Positions 26,988-38,878 of a stretch of 64,000 bases of DNA are shown here, piece after piece (within the stretch, counting starts at the first letter, position 1; each line of letters opens with the position of its first letter). The notes beneath the pieces were generated by a model. The model was not told the DNA's origin, searched no databases, and saw nothing but the letters and a program-made list of their open reading frames with translations. Source of the DNA: Desulfobaccales bacterium (GTDB lineage: Bacteria; Desulfobacterota; Desulfobaccia; Desulfobaccales; 0-14-0-80-60-11); NCBI GenBank assembly GCA_037481655.1, contig JBBFLF010000001.1:127052-191051 (forward strand), in the 5' to 3' direction. A program made the position numbers and the translations under genes.

Positions 26988-27452
26988 ATGACATCGGAGC
27001 AGTCGGACCAGGGCGCCGCCGCGTCCCTCACCGCGGTGGCCGACCGCTACTGTTTCGTCTGCGGCCCGGAGAATCCCCGGGGCCTCAGAATCAAAGTGCG
27101 CTATGAGCCCGAGGCGCAGGCGGCCTACACCGAGCTCACCCTCCCCCGGGAGTTCCAGGGCTGGGCCGACCTCATTCACGGCGGCATCCTGGCCACGCTT
27201 TTGGATGAGCTCATGGCCCATGCGGTGTGGCGCTTCGCCGGGCCCGGGGTCACCCTCTCCATGGAGGTGCGTTTTCACACTCCCTTGAAACCCGAGGAGG
27301 CCATCCGGGTGCGGGGAGTGCTCAGCCCCGGCAACGGCCGCCGCCGCCAGGCCGAGGCGGAGATTTTGCGGCTCTCCGACGGCAAGCGCATCGCCAGCGG
27401 CCGCAGCCGCTTCCTCCTCCTGGAGGAGAAGCCCACCTTCCGGGCCATTTAA
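26988..27452 (+). CDS. PaaI/hotdog-fold acyl-CoA thioesterase
   Basis: CFVCGPENPRGLRI, IHGGILATLLDELMAHA. The stop TAA (27450-27452) lies in the TTTAA core of a repeat element. Confidence 0.8.
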   Translation: MTSEQSDQGAAASLTAVADRYCFVCGPENPRGLRIKVRYEPEAQAAYTELTLPREFQGWADLIHGGILATLLDELMAHAVWRFAGPGVTLSMEVRFHTPLKPEEAIRVRGVLSPGNGRRRQAEAEILRLSDGKRIASGRSRFLLLEEKPTFRAI

Positions 27453-27517
27453 GGGGTTGGGGGAGAGGGTTTGGGAGAGGGGGCAGGGGGCCACTGCTCC
27501 CTGGCCCCCTCTCCCAA
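27449..27517. repeat. Half element (right-hand orientation), 3' of the thioesterase gene; near-exact reverse complement of 26799-26872
   Basis: TTTAAGGGGTTGGGGGAGAGGGT + TTGGGAGAGGGGGCAGGGGGCC-act-GCTCCCTGGCCCCCTCTCCCAA. Confidence 0.8.
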
Positions 27518-27557
27518 AAACCTTGTGGAATAATCTCTCCTTGCTCCCAGACCGCCC

Positions 27558-28028
27558 ATGCTCCGGGTCAGCATCCTCATGGTGGGCCGCACCAAGGAGC
27601 CCTTCCTTAGGCAAGGGGTAGAGTTTTTCCGCCGCCGTCTGGCCCCCTATCTCCACCTCACCCTGGTGGAGGTGCGGGCCGAGCGGGAGGTCAAGGGCCT
27701 CACGCCCGAGCTCATCAAGTCCCGGGAAGGGGAGCGCCTCCTTGCCCGTGTGCCGGAGCGGGCCTACCTTACCGCCCTGGACCCCAAAGGGAGGGAGTGC
27801 ACCACCGAGGACTTCGCCCATTGGCTTGGCCGCCGGGAAGCGGAAGCCCGCCCGCTGGCCTTTGTGGTGGGCGGCCACCTGGGACTGGCACCCCAGGTGT
27901 TCTCCCGGGCCGAGGAGACTTTGGCCCTCTCCCGCCTCACCTTCTCCCATGAGCTGGCCCGTCTGGTGCTCCTGGAGCAGCTCTACCGGGCCATGACCCT
28001 GAAAGCCGGCCATCCGTATCACGTTTAG
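27558..28028 (+). CDS. rlmH: 23S rRNA (pseudouridine1915-N3)-methyltransferase
   Basis: I..VGR.KEPF...G...F.RRL, FVVGG..GL, LALS.LTFSHELAR..L.EQLYRA (SPOUT RlmH pattern). Confidence 0.88.
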   Translation: MLRVSILMVGRTKEPFLRQGVEFFRRRLAPYLHLTLVEVRAEREVKGLTPELIKSREGERLLARVPERAYLTALDPKGRECTTEDFAHWLGRREAEARPLAFVVGGHLGLAPQVFSRAEETLALSRLTFSHELARLVLLEQLYRAMTLKAGHPYHV

Positions 28029-28070
28029 CCAGCCCTAGCCCGGTCCGCCTCAGGTTTCTGCCCCCCTGCC

Positions 28071-28880
28071 TCAGTCCCAGGGCCAGATCTGGGCCAGGTA
28101 GGCCAATGAGGGCTCCAGACTGCCCTCGGCGTGGGGCTCCAGGGTGATGAGGGGGGGGTTTTCCAGGCGGGCCGCCAGGTAGTCCAGGACGAATTTGAGG
28201 GGCACCCGGCCGGTGCCCAGGGCGGCGTGATGGTCGTGGCTGCCGTCGTTGTCGTGCAGATGCAGCAGGCCGATGTGGGGCCAAAGGGCCGCCAGCCAGC
28301 CTTCGTAATCCCCATCCCCGAAGGCGAGCAAGTGCCCCACATCGAGGCAGACCTTGAGGTTAGGGACTTGGGCCCGCTGCAGCACCTCCAGAAAGAGGTT
28401 TTTATCCTCCCCTTTCTCAAAGACGTTCTCCAGGACCAGCAAGGCGCCTGCGGCCCGGGCGGCTTGGGCCAGCTCCCGAAAGGTGGCGGTGGCCCGACTG
28501 AGCCACCTTTTTTGGGCGTGGCGGTAGTGCCGGGCCTCATAGCCCAGGTGACAGACCAGCGCCGCCGGGCGAAAGACAGGCAGCCAGCGCACGACCTGGC
28601 GCAGGCGCTTTCTCGTGGCTGCCAGCACCAGGTCATCCAGGGCCCCGGGGGCCATGTCCTGGAAGGGGGCATGCAATGTGAGGCGCCGCCCGGCCAGGAG
28701 AAACCGCCGGGCGACGCCCTTAAGGATGCGGGGCGGATAGCGGCTGAGGCTCCGGGCGTCCAGGCCGATTTCCGGGTTCAGGCCCCGCTCCAGAAACAGC
28801 GGCCCATAATGGCCCAGGAGATACGGGAAGGGAATGTTGACCTGGACCCGGGAAATGAGGGCCTCAGGGGAAAGCCCCAT
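28071..28880 (-). CDS. Xylose-isomerase-like TIM-barrel protein (sugar phosphate isomerase/epimerase or AP-endonuclease-2 fold)
   Basis: LHAPF, LVLENV, CLDVGH, LHLHDNDGSHDHH..LGTG metal-ligand pattern. Confidence 0.6.
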   Translation of the reverse strand: MGLSPEALISRVQVNIPFPYLLGHYGPLFLERGLNPEIGLDARSLSRYPPRILKGVARRFLLAGRRLTLHAPFQDMAPGALDDLVLAATRKRLRQVVRWLPVFRPAALVCHLGYEARHYRHAQKRWLSRATATFRELAQAARAAGALLVLENVFEKGEDKNLFLEVLQRAQVPNLKVCLDVGHLLAFGDGDYEGWLAALWPHIGLLHLHDNDGSHDHHAALGTGRVPLKFVLDYLAARLENPPLITLEPHAEGSLEPSLAYLAQIWPWD

Positions 28881-28892
28881 GCCGCGCCCGCC

Positions 28893-29306
28893 TCAGTGGG
28901 AGGTGGGATACTGCACCAGCTCCACCAGGAGCCCAAAGGTGGCCTTGGGGTGGATGAAGGCCACCCGGGTGTGATGGGCGCCCTCCCGGGGGGTCTCGTC
29001 AATGAGCTTGACGCCGGCGGCCTTGAGCTCCGCCACCGCGGCGTCAATGTCCTCCACCTCCAGGGCCAGGTGATGGAAACCCTCCCCCCGGGTCTCCAGG
29101 AACTTGGCCACCGGGCTGTCCGGGGCGGTGGGCAACAGCAGCTCCAGGTTGCTCTCCCCCACCTTGAAGAAGCTCACCTTGACCTTCTGGGTCTCCACCA
29201 CCTCTTCGCCGCCCAGCTCCAGGCAGAGATTCTCGCCGTAGAGCTTTTTGGCCGGGTCCAGGTCCTTCACCGCGATGCCCAGATGGGCGATGCGCTTGAT
29301 TTTCAT
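28893..29306 (-). CDS. Methylmalonyl-CoA epimerase (VOC/glyoxalase fold)
   Basis: IAHLGIAVKDL, ELL.P....SPVAKFLE.RGEG.HH.A..V.DI, HP....G.L.ELV. Confidence 0.82.
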   Translation of the reverse strand: MKIKRIAHLGIAVKDLDPAKKLYGENLCLELGGEEVVETQKVKVSFFKVGESNLELLLPTAPDSPVAKFLETRGEGFHHLALEVEDIDAAVAELKAAGVKLIDETPREGAHHTRVAFIHPKATFGLLVELVQYPTSH

Positions 29307-29467
29307 GGTCTCCTCCTCGGCGATGTGCGGCCCGTCGGCCCGATATTCGCTTGCCCAAATAAGCTGCCATTATATATGATGAAGCCGAGCGGGGGAAGAC
29401 GCTCCAGGGGAGGGGAGGCGCACTTCCCCTGCGGAGAATTTTTCTGCCCCGGTCAATCCTCTTTCTC

Positions 29468-30706
29468 ATGAACACGGACGAACTGTTTGCCAAAGTGGCG
29501 GCCCGGCTCCAGGAGCTGGCCCCGGAGATGGTGGAGCTGCAGCGAGAGCTGGTACGCCGGGTGGCGGTGGGGCCGGACGCCGGCGGGCCCGGCGAAGGGG
29601 AAAAAGCCGCCTTCCTGGCCGAGCTCCTGATCCGCCTGGGGCTGGAGGTGCGCCAATTCCCCGCCCCGGATCCCCGGGTGCCGGGCGGGGTGCGGCCCAA
29701 TCTGGTGGCCTTCCTGCCGGGCCAGGGAGCGGGCAAGGTCTGGGTGCTGAGCCACCTGGACGTGGTGCCCCCGGGGGACCTCTCCCTGTGGGATTCCGAC
29801 CCCTTCACGCTCCGGGTGGAGGGCGACCGCCTCTACGGCCGGGGCACCGAGGATAACCACCACGGCATCGTCACCTCCCTGATGGCGGTCCGGGCCCTTA
29901 TGGAGGTGGGCGTCAAGCCCGCCCGCACCGTGGCTCTGGCGCTGGTGGCCGACGAGGAGACCGGGAGCTCCAAGGGTCTGGATTTTCTCCTGCGGGAGCA
30001 CGGGGAGCTCTTCCATCCTGAGGACCTCATCATCGTCCCGGACGCCGGCAGCCCCGACGGCACCATGATCGAGGTGGCGGAAAAGAGCCTGCTGTGGCTG
30101 AAGCTCACCCTGACAGGAAAGCAGTGCCATGCCAGCCGCCCGGAGCTGGGCCGAAACACCCTCCGGGCCGCGGCCCACGCCATCGTGGCCCTGGAGGCCT
30201 TGAAGACGGAGTTTCCCGGGGAAAATCCGCTCTTCCGGCCGCCCACCAGCACCTTTGAGCCCACCAAAGTGGAGGCCAACGTCCCCAATGTGAACACCAT
30301 CCCGGGGCGGGATGTCTTTTACCTGGATTGCCGGGTGCTGCCGGAATATGGCGTGGAAGAGGTGAAGGCCCGGGTGGCCGCCCTGGCCTCCGAGGCCGCC
30401 CGGCCTTTCGGGGTGACGGTGAGCCTGGAGGTGGTGCAGGAGCAGCCCGCCGCGCCCGTCACCGACCCTGAGGCTCCGGTGGTACGGGCTTTAAGCCGGG
30501 CCATCCGGGCGGTGTACGGCCGGGAGGCCACCCCCCAGGGCATCGGCGGGGGCACGGTGGCCGCCTTCTTCCGGCGCCGGGGTCTGCCGGCGGCGGTGTG
30601 GATGACGGTGAGCGAGACCGCCCACCAGCCCAATGAATACTGCCGCCTCAGCACCCTGGTGGGGGACGCCCAGGTGCTGGCCCATGTCTTTCTTTTCGGG
30701 AACTGA
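29468..30706 (+). CDS. M20-family metallohydrolase (ArgE/DapE/ACY1-type)
   Basis: SHLDVVPPG, GRGTEDN, ADEETGS, and a dimerisation-domain-length insert. Confidence 0.78.
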   Translation: MNTDELFAKVAARLQELAPEMVELQRELVRRVAVGPDAGGPGEGEKAAFLAELLIRLGLEVRQFPAPDPRVPGGVRPNLVAFLPGQGAGKVWVLSHLDVVPPGDLSLWDSDPFTLRVEGDRLYGRGTEDNHHGIVTSLMAVRALMEVGVKPARTVALALVADEETGSSKGLDFLLREHGELFHPEDLIIVPDAGSPDGTMIEVAEKSLLWLKLTLTGKQCHASRPELGRNTLRAAAHAIVALEALKTEFPGENPLFRPPTSTFEPTKVEANVPNVNTIPGRDVFYLDCRVLPEYGVEEVKARVAALASEAARPFGVTVSLEVVQEQPAAPVTDPEAPVVRALSRAIRAVYGREATPQGIGGGTVAAFFRRRGLPAAVWMTVSETAHQPNEYCRLSTLVGDAQVLAHVFLFGN

Positions 30707-30801
30707 GAGGCGGTGACCGCAGATCAGCCTTTGAGGGAGGGCCGAGGGACTGAGGGTCGTGAAGTCTCCCCTCCGACTCCCTCACAGAAGGGGCTGCGAA
30801 T

Positions 30802-30828
30802 GGGGCCAGAGAACCCCTGGCCCTTTTT
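30802..30828 (+). terminator. Rho-independent terminator after the M20 hydrolase gene
   Basis: GGGCCAG (30803-30809) / CTGGCCC (30817-30823), 7-nt loop, then TTTTT (30824-30828). Confidence 0.6.
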
Positions 30829-30861
30829 CCCCCAGACAAGGGTCACCGTCTTACCGGGGGC

Positions 30862-31119
30862 TTACAGGCCCTCCCACAGGTGCCGGTCGTGGCAGTATTC
30901 CCAGTTGCTGTCGTCCACAATGAAAAAATTGTCCAGATCTTCAGCCAGCATCTCCGCCCATTCCTCCCGGGCGTCCACCGGGTCCTGGGAGCCAAGCCAG
31001 AGGCGGACGCTGAATTCCTGGGCGAAGCCCGGATGGCGCAGCAATTCCCGGGGATGCTGGTCCAAGACGAGATAAGACGCAACTCCCAGATGCCGTCGGA
31101 TGATCACCGGATAGGACAT
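30862..31119 (-). CDS. Hypothetical small protein (85 aa)
   Basis: Clean ORF with protein-like composition (W/D/E-rich C-terminus). No family recognised. Confidence 0.4.
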   Translation of the reverse strand: MSYPVIIRRHLGVASYLVLDQHPRELLRHPGFAQEFSVRLWLGSQDPVDAREEWAEMLAEDLDNFFIVDDSNWEYCHDRHLWEGL

Positions 31120-31168
31120 GGCCTCCTCCTGGAAGCCCCGCCGGTCTCACCTGAGGGCGGGCCGCAAT

Positions 31169-31669
31169 ATGCTGAGTGAAATATATATCTCCTTGCCAGA
31201 ATTTCGGCGGCGAGGCAAGGGGGTGGTGACGGGCCTGCTGCTTTGGGCTGCGCTGACCATGGCTTGCGGCCGTCTGGGGCAGGTGCCTGCGAGCCTCATC
31301 CCCGAAGACTACCAGGAGGTGAGCCTGGCCCAACTGCGGGACCCCGCCGCCGCCCGGGCCCTGGTGGGCCGGCAAGTGCGCTTTCAGGCGTTCTTTTGGG
31401 AATATGTCCTCTATGACCCGGCCATGCTCAGCAATTACGCCCTGTTGCTCCGCCACCCCCGGGGCTGGTGGGACCTGAGGTGGGCCTCGCTATACGAGTC
31501 CCCCCGGATGGAGGGCTTTTATGACCGGCTGGCCCTGGATGTGGGGCAGCAGACCCGGCTTAAGCCCCGGCGTCTGACGCGCCTGATGATTTATGGCGAG
31601 GTGCTGCCCCTGGGGTCCAGGCTCACCTACGTGCGCCTGCATCAGGCCCAGGAGCTGGAGGCCAACTAG
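31169..31669 (+). CDS. Putative lipoprotein, unknown function
   Basis: Signal peptide plus lipobox-like LLLWAALTMAC-G after ATG 31169. No family recognised. Confidence 0.5.
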   Translation: MLSEIYISLPEFRRRGKGVVTGLLLWAALTMACGRLGQVPASLIPEDYQEVSLAQLRDPAAARALVGRQVRFQAFFWEYVLYDPAMLSNYALLLRHPRGWWDLRWASLYESPRMEGFYDRLALDVGQQTRLKPRRLTRLMIYGEVLPLGSRLTYVRLHQAQELEAN

Positions 31670-31794
31670 GCAAAGCGCCGCTTCAGGCGATCAGACCGCC
31701 GTGGGCCGCGGGCGGTGAAATTCGCAATGATCCTCCATGGCGTGGGGAGTCAGCTTTGCTCGCAGCTTGTCACCCTGGAGGCTGACAGTTCCAT

Positions 31795-32361
31795 ATGAAT
31801 CTGCTGGATCTCGGCATCATCCTGGTGTTGGCTCTGATTGTGCTGCGCGGCTACTATCGCGGGCTCTTTCAGGAGCTGGCGGTCCTGGCCGGAGTGGTGG
31901 GAGGGGTGCTGGTGGCGGCCCACTGGTATTCCCGGGTGGGGGCCTGGCTCACCCCCCTCATCAAGGACCCCACCTATGCCCGCTGGGCCGCCTTCGGCCT
32001 GCTCCTGGTGGCGGTGTATTGGGCCGTGCGCCTGGCGGCCTTCGGATTGCAGCGCCTGTTGCATTACCTGTATCTGGACTTTTTCGACCGCCTGCTGGGC
32101 GCCTCCTTTGCGTTGCTGAAAGGCGGCCTGGTTCTGGGCTTTGCCCTGATGCTGGTGGGGGTGGTGCTCCCCAAGGACTCGCCGTTGCTGAAGGAGTCCC
32201 GCACCGCGCCGGTGTTGGTGGGGCTGGCGAAGCAGGCCCTGGGATACCTGCCCCCGGACTTCAAAAAGCGGCTCCAGGAGTATTACCGGGAACAGATGCG
32301 CCGGGAGCGCCCCAAAACTGTGCGGTTAGGAACATCACAGGAGGAGATGCGTGTCGGCTGA
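31795..32361 (+). CDS. cvpA: CvpA-family membrane protein
   Basis: MNLLDLGIILVLALIVLRGYYRG...ELA.L.G, four TM segments. Confidence 0.78.
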   Translation: MNLLDLGIILVLALIVLRGYYRGLFQELAVLAGVVGGVLVAAHWYSRVGAWLTPLIKDPTYARWAAFGLLLVAVYWAVRLAAFGLQRLLHYLYLDFFDRLLGASFALLKGGLVLGFALMLVGVVLPKDSPLLKESRTAPVLVGLAKQALGYLPPDFKKRLQEYYREQMRRERPKTVRLGTSQEEMRVG

Positions 32362-33154
32362 GCCCGCCGCCGGCCAAGCGGTCGAGCGGTTTTTGAGTAT
32401 TGTGGCCCGACTGCGGGGCCCGGGAGGCTGCCCCTGGGACGCAAAGCAGACTCCGGAGACCCTGAAGACCTATGTGCTGGAGGAGGCCTATGAGCTCATC
32501 GAGGCCCTGGACCTGGGGGATCCGGATAAGATCCGGGAGGAGCTGGGCGACCTTTTCCTGCACATCGTCTTCTTGAGCGACCTCTACCGGGAGCGGGGCG
32601 AGTTTACTTTTGCGGAGGTGGTTAAGACCATCACCGCCAAGATGATTCACCGCCATCCCCACGTCTTCGGCAACGCCGAAGCCCGCAGCCTGGAGGACCT
32701 GCGCCGCCTGTGGCAGGAGGCCAAGGCCCGGGAAGGCAAGCCCCATAAGGAGGCCCTGGGGGAGGTCTCGGCCGCCCTGCCGGCCCTCACCCAGGCGAAG
32801 CGCCTGGGAGAGGCCGCCTCCCGATTAGGCTTTGACTGGCCGGATATCGAGGGCGCCTTGGAGAAGGTGGAGGAGGAGTGGCAGGAATTCCGGCGCGCCT
32901 TGGCAGGTCCTCCGGACCCCGCCCGGGAGGAGGAGCTGGGAGACCTCCTCTTTGCCCTGGTGAACGTGGCCCGCTTCCTCCAGATCGACCCGGAACACGC
33001 CCTGAGGCGCACCTTGTATAAATTTATCAAGCGCTTCCATGTGGTGGAACGCACCCTGGCCAAGGCGGGCAAGACCCCGGAAACCGCCACTCTGGAGGAG
33101 ATGGATGCCATCTGGGAGGCGGCCAAGGCAGGGGAACGGTCCGGCCCGGCCTGA
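32351..33154 (+). CDS. mazG: Nucleoside triphosphate pyrophosphohydrolase MazG
   Basis: LR.P.GCPWD..QT...L..Y..EEAYE...A, EELGDLLF..VN.AR in two tandem MazG repeats. GTG start at 32351 after AGGAGGAG. Confidence 0.85.
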   Translation: MSAEPAAGQAVERFLSIVARLRGPGGCPWDAKQTPETLKTYVLEEAYELIEALDLGDPDKIREELGDLFLHIVFLSDLYRERGEFTFAEVVKTITAKMIHRHPHVFGNAEARSLEDLRRLWQEAKAREGKPHKEALGEVSAALPALTQAKRLGEAASRLGFDWPDIEGALEKVEEEWQEFRRALAGPPDPAREEELGDLLFALVNVARFLQIDPEHALRRTLYKFIKRFHVVERTLAKAGKTPETATLEEMDAIWEAAKAGERSGPA

Positions 33155-33228
33155 AAGGCCCGATTGTCCCCAGGCGGCGGAAGTGATAATCTCAGATAAT
33201 TACACCGACAAGTGAGGCCCAGGAGTCC

Positions 33229-35040
33229 ATGAACGCCCAGTCGCCCCGGGGCGCCATCTCCATGCCGGTGGTTCTCGGTCTCATCATCGCCGGGGCCGTG
33301 CTCTTTGCCGGGGTCTTCTTCTACGTCTTCCATCAGCTCAATATCAAGGTGGAGACGGTGATCCGGAACCAGTTTAACCAGCAACAGCTGGTGCTGGCCC
33401 GCAAGATCGCCGACAGCGTGGAGAATCACCTGGACTTCCTGGAGAGCAGCCTCCTCACCATGAGCCGGATGGGCGACAGCTTGGCGTTGGAGCCCGACTC
33501 CCCGGGCTTCCACCGCTATCTGACGACCCGCCTTAATGACCTCCTCCCCTTGGGGGTGCTGGATCTGGCCTGGTATGGGGTGGATGGCGTCCTGAAATTT
33601 TCCTGGCGGGGACAGCCGGAGGAGGGGGCCTTGATTCGCCTGGAACCGTCCACCCTGGCCTGGGCCCGGGAGCCCGCCAGCAAGGGCCGCTTGCGGCTGG
33701 AAAAAACCAGGCCCGGGTCCTATCCCCCCTTCCAGGAGCGACTCATCCTGCCTTTGGCCGCCCCTCTCTATTTTCAGGACCAGTTTTATGGGGTGCTGGT
33801 CCTCCTGGCGGATCCTTTCTTCATCTGCGGCCAGGCCACCAAGGAGGTGCGTTCCGGTACCACCGGCTATCCCTGGATCATCAACCAGGACGGCATCTTC
33901 CTGGCCCATTATGAAAAGGATTTCGTAGGTCAGGACGCCATCGCCGTGCGCCTGGCCCGCAACCCCGCCATCTCCTTCAAGGGCATCCGGGAGATGCATG
34001 AACGTATCTTCCGGGGGGAGGAAGGGGCCACGGAATACATTTCCGGCTGGCATCGCCAGGAGATCGGCCAGGTCCTGAAACTGGCGGCTTTCACCACCAT
34101 CCGCTTTGATAAAGGCCTCATCCGCAATGTCACCGACGTGGAGGATCCGCAACGCAATCTCTGGGGCGTGGCGGTGGTGGCGCCGGTGGCCGAGGTTTCC
34201 GGCCATGTCTGGGAGGTCCTTTACCAGGAGATCGCGCTGGCGGGAGTGTTCTTCCTGATGCTGGTGGTGGGAAGCGGCGTGCTCATCGGTGTGGCCCTCA
34301 CCTACAACCGCTCCCTCAGCCGGGAGGTGGAGCAAAAGACCCAGGAGCTGAAGGAGTCCCAGGAGCGTTTGCTGCGCTCCGAGCGTTTTGCCGCCGTGGG
34401 CGAGGCGGCCTCCTACGTCAGCCATGAGATCAAAAACCCCCTCATGGTCATCGGCGGCCTGGCCCATCAGGTGGCCAAACGACTGGAGGACCGCCCCGAG
34501 CTCCAGGAAAAATTGCGCCTCATCCGGGAGGAGGTGCGGCGGCTGGAAACCTTCCTGGGGGACCTGCGGGATTTCACCCGGCCGGCCCAGCCGGTGATGA
34601 CCCAGGTCAACCTCAACCAGGTGATCCAGGAGGTGGAAAAACTGCTGGAAACTGAGGCCAAGAAGCGGGGCATTGAAATCGTGGAGGATTTGGACAGCCG
34701 CCTGCCCCCGGTGTCCGCGGACCCCAATCAGATGAAACAGGTGCTCCTCAACCTGATGAAAAATGCCCTGGAAGCCATGGACGGCGGGGGCCGGCTGGTG
34801 CTGAAAAGCGGCGCCGAAGAAGAAAAGGTGTGGTTCTCGGTCACCGATACCGGGGTGGGCATGAGCCCGGAGGTCCTGGCCAAGATCTTCAATCCCTTCT
34901 TCACCACCAAAGACAAAGGCACCGGCCTGGGCCTGGCGGTGATTCACAAAATCATCACCGATCACCACGGCAGCATCCTGGTGGAGAGCACTCCGGGTCA
35001 GGGCTCCACCTTTGTGGTCAAGCTGCCCAAGGAGCAGTGA
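33229..35040 (+). CDS. Sensor histidine kinase with periplasmic Cache-like domain
   Basis: N-terminal TM segment, ~300-aa extracytoplasmic segment, second TM segment, HisKA box SHEIKNPL, HATPase N/G boxes (LLNLMKNA, DTGVGM, GTGLGLAV). Confidence 0.8.
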   Translation: MNAQSPRGAISMPVVLGLIIAGAVLFAGVFFYVFHQLNIKVETVIRNQFNQQQLVLARKIADSVENHLDFLESSLLTMSRMGDSLALEPDSPGFHRYLTTRLNDLLPLGVLDLAWYGVDGVLKFSWRGQPEEGALIRLEPSTLAWAREPASKGRLRLEKTRPGSYPPFQERLILPLAAPLYFQDQFYGVLVLLADPFFICGQATKEVRSGTTGYPWIINQDGIFLAHYEKDFVGQDAIAVRLARNPAISFKGIREMHERIFRGEEGATEYISGWHRQEIGQVLKLAAFTTIRFDKGLIRNVTDVEDPQRNLWGVAVVAPVAEVSGHVWEVLYQEIALAGVFFLMLVVGSGVLIGVALTYNRSLSREVEQKTQELKESQERLLRSERFAAVGEAASYVSHEIKNPLMVIGGLAHQVAKRLEDRPELQEKLRLIREEVRRLETFLGDLRDFTRPAQPVMTQVNLNQVIQEVEKLLETEAKKRGIEIVEDLDSRLPPVSADPNQMKQVLLNLMKNALEAMDGGGRLVLKSGAEEEKVWFSVTDTGVGMSPEVLAKIFNPFFTTKDKGTGLGLAVIHKIITDHHGSILVESTPGQGSTFVVKLPKEQ

Positions 35041-35045
35041 CGCCG

Positions 35046-37314
<2,269 letters not shown>

Positions 37315-37340
<26 letters not shown>

Positions 37341-38676
37341 CGAACCCCAGATCCTCAAGACCGTGGGTGGGATCCTGACGGATGAGGGCTTTGAGGTCCT
37401 CACCGCCGCCGACGGCGACAGCGCCTTAAAGACGGTGCGGGAGGAGACCCCCGACCTGGTCCTCCTGGACATTTCTCTCCCGGACCGGGACGGTCTGGAG
37501 GTCTTAAGCGAAGTAAAAAAACAGGATCCCCTCTTGCCGGTGATCATGATCTCCGCCTACGGCTCGGTGGAAAATGCCGTCAAGGCCACCCGTCTGGGGG
37601 CCTATGACTTCATCGAGAAGCCGCCCCACGCCGACAAGATCCTCTTAAGCGTGCGCAACGCCCTGGAGCTGGCCCGGCTGGCCGAGGAAAACCGGCGCCT
37701 GCGGCAGCAGGCCGCGCCGCCCCGGGAGATCATCGGCCAAAGTCCCGCCATCCAGGCCCTCAGGGAGAAACTGCGCCTGGTGGCGCCCACCAACGCCAGC
37801 GTCCTCATCACCGGCGAAAACGGCACCGGCAAGGAGCTGGTGGCCCGGGCCCTGCATCAGCTCAGCAAACGGGCCCACCAGCCCTTCGTGGAGGTGAACT
37901 GCGCCGCCATCCCCGAGGACCTCATCGAAAGCGAGCTCTTCGGGCATGAGAAGGGGGCCTTCACCGGGGCGGTCTCCCGGCGGCCCGGCAAATTCGACCA
38001 GGCCCACGGCGGCACCCTGTTTTTGGATGAGATCGGCGACATGTCCCTCAAGACCCAGGCCAAGATTCTCCGCATCCTGGAGGAGCAGCGCTTCGAGCGG
38101 GTGGGGGGCAGTCGCCCCATTCAGGTGGACGTGCGCATCATTGCGGCCACCAACAAGAATCTGGAAGAGGAGATCGCCAAGGGGAATTTCCGGGAGGACC
38201 TCTACCACCGCATCAATGTCATTCCCCTGCACGTGCCGCCGCTGAGGGAGCGCACCGAGGATATTCCCCTCCTGGCCGAGCATTTCCTGAGGGAAGTGGC
38301 GATGGAAAACCATACCCTGCCCAAACGCCTCTCCCCTGAGGCTCTAGAGGCATTAAAACGCCTGCCCTGGCCCGGCAACGTCCGGGAGCTCCGCAACTTC
38401 CTCTGGCGCCTGGCCATCCTGGTGCCCGGGGAGGTCATTGAGGCCCATGACCTCACCTTGGCCCAGCCCCAGGCCCTCACCGGCGGCGAGACTTCCCTGG
38501 AGGCGGCCCTCTTCCAGGAGACCTCCTTCCGGGAGGCCCGGGCCCGCTTCGAGCGGGAGTTTCTCCGGCGCAAGCTGGCGGAACACGGCGGCAACGTCAG
38601 CGCCACCGCCGAGGCCATCGGCCTGGAGCGCTCCCACCTGCACCGCAAACTCCGGGCCCTGGGTCTGGAAGGCTGA
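37315..38676 (+). CDS. ntrX: Sigma54-dependent response regulator (NtrX/NtrC type)
   Basis: Receiver domain (ILIVDDE...DLVLLDI..PD), AAA+ domain ([33 protein letters not shown]), C-terminal Fis-type HTH ([22 protein letters not shown]). Confidence 0.88.
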
Positions 38677-38738
38677 GGCGTCCGGCCCTCCAGGGCCCCT
38701 CTCCCTGCCTCATTTCTCCTTTAATTAGTCAGCGAATC

Positions 38739-38840
38739 TCAGGAAATTTCTGAAAATTTTGGTCAAAAATATTGGCCAGGGATTTAATTTTTTTCTATAA
38801 TGCAGGAAATTCCCTGATAATTGCTCAGGAAAATCCTGAG
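38739..38840. promoter_or_regulatory. Three related inverted repeats (TCAGGAAA-n-TyCCTGA) around a TATAAT box upstream of CDS 38879
   Basis: TCAGGAAATTTCTGA at 38739-38753; CAGGAAATTCCCTGA at 38803-38817; CTCAGGAAAATCCTGAG (perfect 7-nt arms) at 38824-38840; TATAAT at 38796-38801, 18 nt after TTGGCC. Confidence 0.5.
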
Positions 38841-38878
38841 AAAGTGGGTCAGTCCAGGTCAGAGGAGGCGGTTCCAGG

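Noticed and set aside
32647-34968. 773-aa minus-strand ORF
   Set aside because: It is antisense to mazG and the Cache histidine kinase. Low-complexity shadow ORF.
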